Source: Actinomycetota bacterium
Lineage (GTDB): Bacteria > Actinomycetota > Actinomycetes > BP-191
NCBI GenBank assembly: GCA_040005895.1
Contig: JBDTYE010000001.1
Coordinates: forward strand, 1-36,421
Length of the DNA: 36,421 bases
Direction: 5' to 3'
In this document: positions 1 through 9,302 of the stretch, piece after piece
Layout of the letters: each line of letters starts with the position of its first letter
Numbering within the stretch: position 1 is the first letter of the stretch
Notes under the pieces: model-generated
The model's input: only the letters and a program-made list of their open reading frames with translations
Databases searched by the model: none
Told to the model about the DNA's origin: nothing
Made by a program: the position numbers and the translations under genes

Positions 1-24
1 GACGCCCGCCGATACGCGCGAAGT

Positions 25-426
25 TCAGTCGATTGGGAATGCGCCGGCGTCGGCTGCGGCTCGCATGGTGGGACAGGTCGTCCAGTCCGGCGCCCGGCAC
101 AGAAGAGCATGCGCGAGCTGTTGCCTCGCTCGCTCGACTTCAGCCTGCCGGACCGTGAGCTCCTCGATCTTTGTGCGTACGAGCTGCTTCCAGGTGTCGC
201 GGCGCTTCCGGTCGTGTAGAAGCTGGGCGATCTCGCGAAGGCTGAACCCGGCGTCCTGCCACATGCGGATCAGGCGCACCCGGTCGGCCGCCGCGGGCGG
301 GTACCGACGTTTGCCGGCGACTCGGGGCGGCAGCGGGAGCAGGCCCCTGCGCTCGTAGAACCGCAGCGCGGACGCCGGCGTGCGGGTCTGCGCTTCGAGT
401 TCTCCGATGCTCAAGCCGGCAATCAT
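25..426 (-). CDS. MerR family transcriptional regulator
   Basis: Internal ATG (M143) of the 25..852 ORF gives a 133-aa product, MIAGLSIGELEAQTRTPASALRFYERRGLL...RRYPPAAADRVRLIRMWQDAGFSLREI. This is a typical MerR N-terminal HTH plus coiled-coil. The upstream part of the long ORF is antisense to the MFS gene. Confidence 0.85.
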   Translation of the reverse strand: MIAGLSIGELEAQTRTPASALRFYERRGLLPLPPRVAGKRRYPPAAADRVRLIRMWQDAGFSLREIAQLLHDRKRRDTWKQLVRTKIEELTVRQAEVERARQQLAHALLCRAPDWTTCPTMRAAADAGAFPID

Positions 427-428
427 TT

Positions 429-450
429 GACATGAACCATAGTTCATGTC
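429..450. promoter_or_regulatory. Perfect 9-4-9 palindrome GACATGAAC-CATA-GTTCATGTC, candidate MerR operator in the divergent merR/MFS promoter region
   Basis: Read directly. It starts 3 nt from the merR ATG and overlaps a TTGACA hexamer at 427..432 that faces the MFS gene. MerR regulators characteristically bind a dyad inside the target promoter spacer. Confidence 0.6.
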
Positions 451-519
451 GGACCGTCGAAACATGACAACGCAACCGCAGTTGATTGACAGGCGCCTCC
501 AGGCTGTTCCGAGTGTGCG

Positions 520-1782
520 ATGAACGGCATCCGCAAGCGCGTCGCAGCGCTCAGCAGCTTCAACGTGCGCTCGTACCTGTTGGGATCTTCGCTGTCGTAC
601 ATCGGCACACGCACCCAGACCTTCGCGCAGTGGTGGCTGGTTCTGAGTATCAGCGGAAACCGATCGGCGCTGCCGATCACAATTGGCCTGCAAGCCGCCC
701 CGCTGCTCCTCTTGGGGACCTGGGCCGGCACGATCGTCGATCGTTTCGACAACCGCCGACTCCTTGGCGTCACCACGCTGCTCAACGCCGTTGCAGCCAT
801 CGGGCTCGGCGGCATGGTCGCTGCGGGCGAAACAACCGTCGACGTCGTGCACCTGTTCTCGCTTCTCAGCGGAGTTCTATTGGCGTTCGAGGGGCCCGCC
901 TTGCAAGCAATTCTCACCGAGCTGGCGCGGCCCGACGAGATCCCCAGCGCCGTCGGGCTCAACGCCATGGTGCAGCCGATCTCCCGGCTCATCGGTCCGC
1001 CGCTGGCCAGCCTGATCATCGCGATGAGCGGCATCGCAGCGTGCTGCTACGTGAACGCGGCGTCCTACCTGCTCTTCTTCGGCTCGCTCACCCTGCTTCG
1101 TCGCCGCGAGATGCTGCCCCGTCGGCAGACCAGTTCACGCAAGGGAATGGCGATGGCCGGGCTGCGCTACGCGCGGCGCGATCCGGTCGTCGGTCCCGTG
1201 CTGCTAGCGATGTTCTTCATAGGGTTGGCCGGGTTCAACTTCCCGCTCGTGATGCCCATGATGGCCAAGTTCACCTTTCACGTCTCCGAGGCCCGCCTTT
1301 CAGTGCCCATGGTCTGCAGCGCTATCGGTTCCCTCGTCGGTGGGATTGTCGTGGCCGGCATGAGGAAGCCCACCGTGCGGATGCTCGGTATCGGTGCCGC
1401 CGCATTCGGCGTGGTTCTCGCGGCATACGGAGGAGCACCGACCTATTTGCTTTGGGTCACCGTCGCGTTCCCCGTCGGCTTCATCACCGCCGTGTACACG
1501 ACCATGGTGTTGCAGCTCCTTCAACAAGCAAGCCAACCCGACATGCTGGGCCGCGTCATGGCGCTCTACAACATCGCCTTCCTCGGCACGACTCCGCTCG
1601 GGGCACTCCTGGTTGCCTGGCTCGCGGGCAGCTTCAACGCCCGCGCACCGTTCCTCGCCGGCGGCAGCGTCGTGCTGCTCACGAGCGCGGCAACGCTCGC
1701 ACTAGCAACCCGAGCGCGACCCTCCCTTAGCTGTTGGCCGCGGTATCTGCTGAAGCGTTTTCCCGGCGCGAGAGCAGGATGA
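520..1782 (+). CDS. MFS transporter (EntS/MFS_3-like exporter)
   Basis: 420-aa ORF, hydrophobic throughout with about 12 predicted TM segments. N-terminus reads FNVRSYLLGSSLSYIGTRTQTFAQWWLVL...GTWAGTIVDRFDNRRLL, typical of this MFS subfamily. Divergent from merR. Confidence 0.85.
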   Translation: MNGIRKRVAALSSFNVRSYLLGSSLSYIGTRTQTFAQWWLVLSISGNRSALPITIGLQAAPLLLLGTWAGTIVDRFDNRRLLGVTTLLNAVAAIGLGGMVAAGETTVDVVHLFSLLSGVLLAFEGPALQAILTELARPDEIPSAVGLNAMVQPISRLIGPPLASLIIAMSGIAACCYVNAASYLLFFGSLTLLRRREMLPRRQTSSRKGMAMAGLRYARRDPVVGPVLLAMFFIGLAGFNFPLVMPMMAKFTFHVSEARLSVPMVCSAIGSLVGGIVVAGMRKPTVRMLGIGAAAFGVVLAAYGGAPTYLLWVTVAFPVGFITAVYTTMVLQLLQQASQPDMLGRVMALYNIAFLGTTPLGALLVAWLAGSFNARAPFLAGGSVVLLTSAATLALATRARPSLSCWPRYLLKRFPGARAG

Positions 1783-3001
1783 AGGGCAGGGCCAGTGCGG
1801 TGATACCGGCTGAAATGACGTACGACGTGCCGTAGCTCCACACGTCCGCCGCTCGGCCCAGCGCGGGCTGGATCACGACGCCGCCGGTCGAGCCCATCAT
1901 CGAGTCGAACGAGAGGATCGTCGCCCGCTGCGCGGACGGGATGAGCCCGTTGATGTAGGCCTGCCGAATCGGCATGGAAGCGGCGAACAGCAACCCCCAC
2001 AGGGTGATCAGCGCGATCGCGACGTAGAAGTTGGCGAAGAACCCCACGCCGGCGAGGGTCAGGGCGCTGATCGCGGTGGTCGTCAGCAGCGCACTCGTAC
2101 GCCGCTTGAAGAGTTTGCGGATGCGCGGGCCGGCGATGCCGCCGACGATCTGGGCGCCCGCAACGATGGCCGCTACCAGGCCCGCGATGCCGTACGCCTT
2201 CTCGTTTCCGTACAGCTTCAGCAGATAGGGCTGCAGAGCGTAGAACGCATAGATGGTGACGCCCGAAATGAACGGCTGCGAGAGCATCAGCCACTTGACC
2301 GAAGGCACCCGCCATCCGTACTCGACGGACGCGCCGACGATGAGCTTCATCTCCTTGACCAGGCCTGTTCCCTTCTTCGGTTCGAAGCCGATGTCATGCA
2401 TCAGCCGGAACGCGACGACGAACATCACCCCCAGCACCACCGCGCGCAGAATGAAGGGCACTCCCAGGTTGGTGGCTTGCGCGATGTAGCCGCCTGCCAC
2501 CGACCCCGAAAGCATCGCTGCGCCGCCGACTATCTGGCCCTTGGCGAAGACCGATTCGAGCGAGCCCTCGAAGCCCGTGGCGCTGAGCGCGTCGACCAGC
2601 CACGCCTCGACCGCGCCGGAGAAGAACGTGAAGCCTAGGCCGAGACCCATCGACACGATTGCCCACGCCCAGAATGGTCCGTGAATCTTCCACAGGAAGA
2701 CGTAGAGGCCGGTCGTCGCTCCCAGCGTGAGGGTTCCGAGGAGGTACGACGCGCGCCGCCCGACCGTGTCGGCGGTGACGCCGGTCGGAACTTCGAAGAT
2801 CACCATGCCCGCTGTGAAAAAGGCGTTAGCCGCGAACGCCTCGAAGTTCGAGAGGCCCGCGTCCAACAGGAAGATCGTGTTGATGCCCCAGATGAACGAC
2901 GCCGCCAGGGTATTTCCGAGCAACAGCAGAAGGTAGGTGCGCTGCACGGTTTCTGGGCTTGGCAGGGACTGGACCCGAGTATCGGTATCGATTGCTCTCA
3001 C
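1727..3001 (-). CDS. MFS transporter
   Basis: 424-aa ORF with a GTG start at 3001. Multi-TM with an MFS-like motif, FEVPTGVTADTVGRRASYLL. Its 3' end overlaps the convergent MFS gene by 56 nt. Confidence 0.8.
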   Translation of the reverse strand: MRAIDTDTRVQSLPSPETVQRTYLLLLLGNTLAASFIWGINTIFLLDAGLSNFEAFAANAFFTAGMVIFEVPTGVTADTVGRRASYLLGTLTLGATTGLYVFLWKIHGPFWAWAIVSMGLGLGFTFFSGAVEAWLVDALSATGFEGSLESVFAKGQIVGGAAMLSGSVAGGYIAQATNLGVPFILRAVVLGVMFVVAFRLMHDIGFEPKKGTGLVKEMKLIVGASVEYGWRVPSVKWLMLSQPFISGVTIYAFYALQPYLLKLYGNEKAYGIAGLVAAIVAGAQIVGGIAGPRIRKLFKRRTSALLTTTAISALTLAGVGFFANFYVAIALITLWGLLFAASMPIRQAYINGLIPSAQRATILSFDSMMGSTGGVVIQPALGRAADVWSYGTSYVISAGITALALPFILLSRRENASADTAANS

Positions 3002-3180
3002 TCCTCGGCGACGTGCGGGTTGTCACCTAACGACGCGGTACCTGAGGTGCGTTATTCCGGGGACAGCACCACTGCCATGACCACGCTCCATGATCCGCGA
3101 GATTTTCCCCGGTCGAGACTGGCACTGATCGGGTACCGAATGGAAGCACCCGCTTAGTTCTGCGTCACCAAGGAGCACGG

Positions 3181-4002
3181 ATGGGTTACTACATCGGCAT
3201 CTCGGGTTGGACCTATCCGCCCTGGCGCGGTGCTTTCTACCCGGCCGGTCTCGCTCACAAGAAGGAGCTCGAATACGCCGCGAGCAAGCTCAACTCCATC
3301 GAGATCAACGGCTCGTTCTACTCGTTGCAGCGGCCGTCGAGCTACGTATCGTGGCGCAACCAGACGCCGCGGGATTTCGTTTTCTCGGTGAAGGCCGGCC
3401 GATTCATCACACACATGAAGAAGCTGAGCGGGGTGCAGATCCCCCTCGCCAACTTCTTCGCTTCCGGACTCCTCGCGTTGGGTCCCAAGCTCGGCCCGAT
3501 CCTGTGGCAACTACCTCCCACTCTCGGGTACGACGTCGACCGGCTTACTCGCTTCTTCGCCCTGCTGCCGCGCACGACCACGGATGCCGTCGAACTGGCC
3601 CGGACCCACGACAGCCGGATGGACGACCGTGCGTATCTCGACACGGATGCCGAGCGGCCGCTGCGGCACGCGCTGGAGGTGCGGCACGCGTCGTACGTCA
3701 ATGCCGGTTTCGTCGAACTGCTGCGCACGCACGACATCGCCCTGGTCACGGCCGACACGGCGGGTAAGTGGCCGTTCCTGCTCGACCAGACCTCGGATTT
3801 CGCCTACGTGCGGCTGCACGGGTCGCAGGAGTTGTACGTCAGCGGCTACTCCGACGAACTGCTCGACGTGTGGGCCGAACGCATCCTGGGCTGGGGTGCC
3901 GGCGGCCGGGACGTGTTCGTCTACTTCGACAACGACGTGAAGGTTCATGCGCCGTACAACGCGATCTGCCTCGCCGAGAAACTACGCGAAGCGATCGACT
4001 GA
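3181..4002 (+). CDS. DUF72 domain-containing protein (YecE-like)
   Basis: 273 aa. The N-terminus YIGISGWTYPPWRGAFYP...LNSIEINGSFYSLQRP is the hallmark DUF72 N-terminus. Confidence 0.85.
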   Translation: MGYYIGISGWTYPPWRGAFYPAGLAHKKELEYAASKLNSIEINGSFYSLQRPSSYVSWRNQTPRDFVFSVKAGRFITHMKKLSGVQIPLANFFASGLLALGPKLGPILWQLPPTLGYDVDRLTRFFALLPRTTTDAVELARTHDSRMDDRAYLDTDAERPLRHALEVRHASYVNAGFVELLRTHDIALVTADTAGKWPFLLDQTSDFAYVRLHGSQELYVSGYSDELLDVWAERILGWGAGGRDVFVYFDNDVKVHAPYNAICLAEKLREAID

Positions 4003-4032
4003 CCGAAGGGGCGGACGGCCCCGAAACCCGAG

Positions 4033-5304
4033 TCAGGGAGCGACGACCTCTGAGATTTCTGCGGGTGACCGCGCTCGCGGGTGTAACCGCTCGTAGCCGA
4101 GCGCGCCGGCCGCGACGACCACTGTCCACAGGACATAGATACCCGTCATGACGAGGAGGACGGTGACTGCGACAAGCGCAATGACTGCCGCGCGCCGGGA
4201 CCAGCTGCCGGGGTCGAGCAGGCGTACGCCGGCGGCCATGCTCAGCACGTAGACGAGGACGAATGAGCCGGTCGTGAGCAGCACCAAGGGGCGTGGACTC
4301 GCTCCTGTCATCGAGACGAGCGCGAGCGAGGCCCAGGACATGACTGCCACAACGGCGAGACTGCGCCGGGGGACCTCGCCAGCGCTGCTGCCGCGCGCGA
4401 ACCAGACGGGCAGGGCGCCGTCGCGACCGAGCGCCGACCCGAGTTTGGCGGCGCCCGCGAAATAGGCGTTCATGGTGCCGAGCGTCAGCAGCAGTGCCGC
4501 GAAGGCAGTGAACACCTTCACCTGCCCTCCGACACCGATGGCGAGCAACTCGGCCAGCGGCGCGGAACTCGAGCCGGTTGCCGGGCCGAGGACGAGGATG
4601 CCGGCGGCGGCGATGCCAAGGTAGAGGGCGCTGATCACCACGACGGCTATCGCGGTCACGCGCGGTATCGCGCGGGCCGGTTCGGCGAAGTCGCCGGCCA
4701 GCGACGTCACCGCCTCCCAGCCGGCGAAACCCCACACCAGCACAGCAGCCGCCGGGCCGATCGCACCAAAACCGTGTGGCGCGAAGGGATGCAGATTGGC
4801 CAGCCGCGCGTGTGGCAGTGACGTGAGCGTGGCCGTCAGCAGCAGCAGGATGAGCAACCCGGCGAGTGCGAGCTGCAGGCGGGCCGAAACACTGAGGCCG
4901 CCGAAGTTGGCTGCGCTGACGACGAGGATCAGGAGTGCCGCGGTGATCAAAGTCGTGGTCCGGCCACCGCCGAAAGCGGCAGCGACGTAGGCGCCGCCGA
5001 ACATTGCGGCGGGCGGCGCGCCGACCGGGATCGCGAAGTAGAAGCACCAGCCGACGACCGCCGCGGCTCGCGCGCCGAAGGCGTTGCGGACGTAGGTCGA
5101 CACTCCGCCTGCGTCCGGATAGCGGGCTCCGAGCGCGGCGAACGTGGCGGCGAGCGGCACCGACAAAGCGATCATCAGGATCCAGGCGAGCAGTGACGCG
5201 GGCCCCGCCGTTTGGGCGGCGAGCGCGGGCAGCGCGATGACTCCGGTGCCGAGCACCGCGCCGATCGACAGCGCCGCACCTTCGGGAACTGTCATCTTGG
5301 CCAC
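4033..5304 (-). CDS. APC family amino acid permease
   Basis: 423 aa, 12-TM-like. The N-terminal segment LSIGAVLGTGVIALPALAAQTAGPASLLAWILM is typical of APC permeases. The codon at 5304 is GTG; an alternative ATG lies at 5295. Confidence 0.8.
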   Translation of the reverse strand: MAKMTVPEGAALSIGAVLGTGVIALPALAAQTAGPASLLAWILMIALSVPLAATFAALGARYPDAGGVSTYVRNAFGARAAAVVGWCFYFAIPVGAPPAAMFGGAYVAAAFGGGRTTTLITAALLILVVSAANFGGLSVSARLQLALAGLLILLLLTATLTSLPHARLANLHPFAPHGFGAIGPAAAVLVWGFAGWEAVTSLAGDFAEPARAIPRVTAIAVVVISALYLGIAAAGILVLGPATGSSSAPLAELLAIGVGGQVKVFTAFAALLLTLGTMNAYFAGAAKLGSALGRDGALPVWFARGSSAGEVPRRSLAVVAVMSWASLALVSMTGASPRPLVLLTTGSFVLVYVLSMAAGVRLLDPGSWSRRAAVIALVAVTVLLVMTGIYVLWTVVVAAGALGYERLHPRARSPAEISEVVAP

Positions 5305-5337
5305 AGAGCATTGTCGCGGTGAGAGGCGACAAGTCGG

Positions 5338-5757
5338 CTAGGCGTTGCCCGCCAGCCGCCGGTCCAACAATTCGGAGAGCGCGATCGACTCGCCGTCGCC
5401 GGCGCCGCGCCCGATTTGCAAAGGCGGGTCGTGCGGTTCGAGATGCACGCCGACAACGTGCGCCCACCAGCTCGTCGGGACCGTGAGCAGGTAGAACTCG
5501 CCGTCGGTGCCCACTGCCATCCGGCCATCGGTGTGCAGCGCCCACCCGCGCAGCCTGGTCCGATAGGTCGACCGGCCGTCGTACCCCCGTGCGCGCAGCG
5601 GCGCCGGCGCAATGCCGAGCCGGATCGCGGCTTGCACGAAGTCGGCAACCACACTGCGGGCGCGCTCGCCGTCGACGGCGCGCTCCCGCCGATGGGCTGC
5701 GGCGTGTTCGGTGGCCGCGTGCCGGCGCCGATCGGTCCATGGATCGGGTGCGGTCAT
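5338..5757 (-). CDS. Hypothetical protein
   Basis: Internal ATG (5755..5757 on the minus strand) of the 5338..6012 ORF gives 139 aa. Codon bias is coding-like and no domain was recognised. The longer version would overlap the divergent oxidoreductase gene. Confidence 0.45.
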   Translation of the reverse strand: MTAPDPWTDRRRHAATEHAAAHRRERAVDGERARSVVADFVQAAIRLGIAPAPLRARGYDGRSTYRTRLRGWALHTDGRMAVGTDGEFYLLTVPTSWWAHVVGVHLEPHDPPLQIGRGAGDGESIALSELLDRRLAGNA

Positions 5758-5830
5758 GCTCGCGACGGTACTAGGCCGCGGATACGGTGATGCATCCGCA
5801 GCATCCGCAGCAACCACGGAGCGAGCCCTT

Positions 5831-6847
5831 ATGACGCCCAGCCAGCAAGCCGAGTACGCCGCCCGGCCGATCCGGTGGGGGATCGCCGGCCCCGGTGGCA
5901 TCGCGGCCAAGTTCGCCGCCGACTTCCCGCACCTGGACGGTGACGCCGAGATCGTTGCCGTCGGATCGCGCCGGCGCGCCACGGCGGATGAGTTCGGCGA
6001 CCGGTTCGGCATCGAACGCCGGCACGCGTCGTACGCCGATCTGGCCGCGGACGGCGGCGTCGACGCGGTCTACGTCGCAACGCCCCACCCCATGCACTAC
6101 GACACGGCGATGCTCGCCATCGAAGCCGGTAAGCACGTTCTCATCGAGAAGCCCTTCACGATCAACGCCGGCGAGGCGGGGCGGCTGGTTGCGGCAGCCC
6201 GCAACGCGGGCGTGCTGCTGATGGAGGCGATGTGGACCCGGTTCCTGCCGCACATGGACGACGTACGGCAGATCCTCGCGAGAGGCGAGCTCGGTGACAT
6301 CCGCACGGTGACCGCCGACCATGGCCAGTGGTTCGCGGAAGACGCGGAGTTCAGGCTCTTCGCGCCGGACCTTGGCGGGGGCGCGCTGCTCGACCTTGGC
6401 GTCTATCCGATCTCGTTCGCTTCGATGGTGCTGGGCAAGCCCGACCGCATCACGGCCGTCAGCGATCCGGCTTTCACCGGCGTCGACGCGCAGACTTCGA
6501 TGATCTTCCAGTACGACGCCGGCCGGCATGCGGTGCTCACGACGACTCTCCAGGCGGCGAGCGCCAATGTGGGCACGATCGTCGGCACCGAAGCGCGCAT
6601 CGAGATCGAGCGGACGTTCTACGCGCCGACGTCGTTCTCAGTGATCAGCCGGGCCGGCGAGGTGAGTCGGCACGAGCACCCGCGGATCGGCAACGGCCTG
6701 CGCTACCAGGCGGCCGAAGTGGCCCGTTGCCTGCGTGCCGGACTGCTGGAGAGCCCGTTGCTGCCGCTGGACGAAACGGTCGAGATCATGGAGACGATGG
6801 ACGAGGTACGTCGCCAGATCGGCCTGGTCTACCCGCAGGAAAAGTAG
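5831..6847 (+). CDS. Gfo/Idh/MocA family oxidoreductase
   Basis: 338 aa from the ATG at 5831. Contains IRWGIAGPGGIAAKFAADF (Rossmann GxGxxA) and VYVATPHPMHYDTAMLAIEAGKHVLIEKP (the EKP motif of the family). Confidence 0.85.
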   Translation: MTPSQQAEYAARPIRWGIAGPGGIAAKFAADFPHLDGDAEIVAVGSRRRATADEFGDRFGIERRHASYADLAADGGVDAVYVATPHPMHYDTAMLAIEAGKHVLIEKPFTINAGEAGRLVAAARNAGVLLMEAMWTRFLPHMDDVRQILARGELGDIRTVTADHGQWFAEDAEFRLFAPDLGGGALLDLGVYPISFASMVLGKPDRITAVSDPAFTGVDAQTSMIFQYDAGRHAVLTTTLQAASANVGTIVGTEARIEIERTFYAPTSFSVISRAGEVSRHEHPRIGNGLRYQAAEVARCLRAGLLESPLLPLDETVEIMETMDEVRRQIGLVYPQEK

Positions 6848-6912
6848 CTCGCCGCGTCTGCGCAGCGGGGCTTTGTGCGCGCAGCGCTTACCGCTTCGGC
6901 TGGCCTCGGTGT

Positions 6913-7827
6913 CTAGGAGTCCGGTTCGGCTGGACCGGTGTGGCCTGCCAGGAAGCGCTCGAGCTCGGCGCCGAGTTCGTCGGCCGTCGGCAGTCGGGTT
7001 GCGCCCTCAGCGAGCAGGTTGCGGCCCTGCCCGCGCAACACGGCGTCGTACTGGGATTCGAGCGCCGCAACAGCGGCAGCGATCTCCTCGGCGCCGGCGA
7101 CCTGCTCGTTGATGGACTCGAGCGCGGACCGGGCCGCGGTCGCGAGTTCGCCGACCGGGAGATCGAGGCCGGACGCGTCGGCGACGGCGCGCACCAGCGC
7201 CTCGGCGGCCGGTGCGAACTCGATCTGGGCGAGGTAATGCGGCACGTGTACAGCGAAACCGATGGCGTCGTGGCCCGCTTGGCCGAGCCGGTACTCGAGC
7301 AGGTTGCCGGCACTGGCGGGCACCTGAACCGTGCTGATCCAGTGCTCTGACGGCGGCACGATCTCCGGTCGGGTGCCGTGCGCAGTCATGCCGATCGGCC
7401 GCGTGTGCGGGACGCCCATCGGGATCGCGTTCAAACCGACAGTCAGGCGCACGCCCAGTGTCTCGATGACGTGGCGCACGGCTTCGCAGAAGCGGTCCCA
7501 CTGGATGTCGGGTTCGGGCCCGGACAGCACCAGGAAATGGGCGCCCTTAGCGTCGGTGAGCGCGGTGATGTCGAGCGAGGGTTCGTCGTACGCCGCCCAG
7601 GTGTCCTCGACGAAAGTCAGCAGCGGGCGCCTGGCCCGGTAGTCGAGCAGCTGGTCCACATCGAAGCGGGCAACGACGATCGCAGGGGAGGACTGCAACA
7701 GGTGGCTGCGAACCAGTTGACGCACCTGCCCAGCATCGACGAAACCGTCGAGTGCCTGGATGAGCACACAGCCGCTCAGGTCGGGCAGGTCGGGGGCCAG
7801 TTCATAGAGATCGGTTGGGTCCAGCAC
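6913..7827 (-). CDS. PAC2 (proteasome assembly chaperone 2-like) family protein
   Basis: The sequence VLDPTDLYEL...LIQALDGFVDAGQV...VLSGPEPDIQWDRF...GMTAHG...AVHVPHYLAQ matches the actinobacterial PAC2 family pattern. The GTG at 7827 is preceded by GGAGG 8 nt upstream. A longer alternative start lies at 7896. Confidence 0.75.
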   Translation of the reverse strand: MLDPTDLYELAPDLPDLSGCVLIQALDGFVDAGQVRQLVRSHLLQSSPAIVVARFDVDQLLDYRARRPLLTFVEDTWAAYDEPSLDITALTDAKGAHFLVLSGPEPDIQWDRFCEAVRHVIETLGVRLTVGLNAIPMGVPHTRPIGMTAHGTRPEIVPPSEHWISTVQVPASAGNLLEYRLGQAGHDAIGFAVHVPHYLAQIEFAPAAEALVRAVADASGLDLPVGELATAARSALESINEQVAGAEEIAAAVAALESQYDAVLRGQGRNLLAEGATRLPTADELGAELERFLAGHTGPAEPDS

Positions 7828-7920
7828 AGCGCTGCCTCCGCAGGTGGTGTTGCGATGTCTGCGCCCTATCCAACGCCAGGTGGACGACCGAGTCATACCT
7901 GCGTACGCCGATTGGCCGGC

Positions 7921-8232
7921 TCAGCCGCCCGCGATAGACGGAACGACGTCGACAAGGATCCCGTCCTGCAGGCGGGTCGTCGGCCCGCCGCTGTCGCGCA
8001 CGTCGATGCCGTCGACGTACACGTTGACGTGCCTTCGCAGGGCGCCTGTGTCGTCGCGCAGCCGTCGGCCAAGAACGGGGTACGCCGACGCGAGTTCGGC
8101 CAGCAGGCCAGCAACGGTCGCATCGTCGGCGGCGAGTTCGACGGGCAGGACACGCGCGCCCGCAACCGTGTCGGCCAGCGCTGCAGGCAGCATCACGCGA
8201 ACGCTGATGCGGTCGCCGGTCAGGGCAGCCAC
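7921..8232 (-). CDS. MoaD/ThiS family beta-grasp protein with C-terminal Gly-Gly
   Basis: 103 aa ending ...LVDVVPSIAGG followed by the stop. The length and the pattern ISVRV...LP...VNVYVDG are typical of sulfur-carrier/ubiquitin-like proteins. Its start overlaps the upstream gene's stop by 13 nt. Confidence 0.7.
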   Translation of the reverse strand: MAALTGDRISVRVMLPAALADTVAGARVLPVELAADDATVAGLLAELASAYPVLGRRLRDDTGALRRHVNVYVDGIDVRDSGGPTTRLQDGILVDVVPSIAGG

Positions 8233-9302
8233 GCGGCGCGCAGGGACAGTACGTCGGGAAGGTGCTCGGCCACGGAGACGAACGAGTCGCCCTCATCGGC
8301 GCTGGCGTAGACGCACCCGTCCCGTGTGCCGACGTAGACACCCGCGGGATCGCCGCTGTCGACACAGGCGGCGTCGCGCAGCACCGACACCCAGCAGTCG
8401 TCGGGCAACCCCGCCCCGAGCTCGCGCCAGGTCGCGCCTGCGTCATCGGTTCGGTGGACGCGCAGTCGCCCAGCAGGCGGGACGCGCTCACCGTCTGCTA
8501 CCAGGGGCACGACCCAGGCCGTGCCGGAACGGGAGGGGTGCGCCAGGATCGTGAATCCGAAGTCGCTCGGCAGACCGTCGGCGATCGAGGCCCAGGAGGC
8601 GCCCGCGTCGTCAGAGCGGTAGACGCCGTGATGGTTCTGCGCGTAGAGCCGCTGCGGCCCGGCCGCATCCGCGACGACCTTGTGCACGCACTGCCCGAAC
8701 TCGGGCTCAGGTCCAGGGATGAAGTAGGCGGAGATGCCGCTGTTGGACGGCCGCCATGAGGCGCCGCGGTCGTCCGAGGCGTAGACGCCTCCTGTCGACA
8801 TCGCGGCGACCACGCGGTCGGAGCGGGGATCCGGGATCACCGTGTGCACGGCGGCGCCACCGAAGCCTGGATGCCATTGCGGCCGGTGCGGGTGGTCCCA
8901 GAGGCCGTCGACGATGGCGAAGGACTGCCCGCCGTCCTGGCTGCGCCACAGCGACGTCGGCTCGCAGCCGGCCCACACCACATCTTCGCGGCCCGCCGAG
9001 TCAGGCTGCAGTTGCCACACCCGTTCGAGACTGGCCCCCGCCGTTTCGTCGAAGCGGATCGCGCCGTTGGGCGTCTCCTCCCACGTGGCGCCCAGATCAT
9101 CCGACCACTTCACTGTCGGGCCCCAGTGCTCGCTGCGTACGCCGACGAGCAATCGGGCGGGCGTCCGCCGGACGTCGAAGGCAACCGCAGGCACTTCGCG
9201 CATCAGGAAATGCGGGCCGTCGAGCCGCCAGTCGGATCGTGCCTCGTCACTGTGCGCGAGCCACAATCCCTTGCGGGTACCGATCGCCAGCACCGTTCGC
9301 AT
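8220..9302 (-). CDS. BNR/Asp-box repeat beta-propeller protein (sialidase-like fold; WD40/YVTN/BNR-like)
   Basis: 360 aa from the ATG at 9302 (MRTVLAIGTRKGLW). Six Asp-box-like motifs: SDDLGATW, SQDGGQSF, SDDRGASW, SDDAGASW, TDDAGATW, SADEGDSF. Confidence 0.8.
   Translation of the reverse strand: MRTVLAIGTRKGLWLAHSDEARSDWRLDGPHFLMREVPAVAFDVRRTPARLLVGVRSEHWGPTVKWSDDLGATWEETPNGAIRFDETAGASLERVWQLQPDSAGREDVVWAGCEPTSLWRSQDGGQSFAIVDGLWDHPHRPQWHPGFGGAAVHTVIPDPRSDRVVAAMSTGGVYASDDRGASWRPSNSGISAYFIPGPEPEFGQCVHKVVADAAGPQRLYAQNHHGVYRSDDAGASWASIADGLPSDFGFTILAHPSRSGTAWVVPLVADGERVPPAGRLRVHRTDDAGATWRELGAGLPDDCWVSVLRDAACVDSGDPAGVYVGTRDGCVYASADEGDSFVSVAEHLPDVLSLRAAWLP

Noticed and set aside
3839-5740. 633-aa minus-strand ORF, the second longest in the region
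   Set aside because: It is extremely Arg/Ala/Pro-rich and low in complexity, which is typical of an off-frame shadow ORF in high-GC DNA. It overlaps the well-supported APC permease (same strand, different frame) and the DUF72 3' end.
5612-5830. Longer N-terminus for the Gfo/Idh/MocA oxidoreductase (ORF track start at 5612)
   Set aside because: The extension is Arg/Ala-rich and overlaps the divergent hypothetical gene. The Rossmann fold begins right after ATG 5831.
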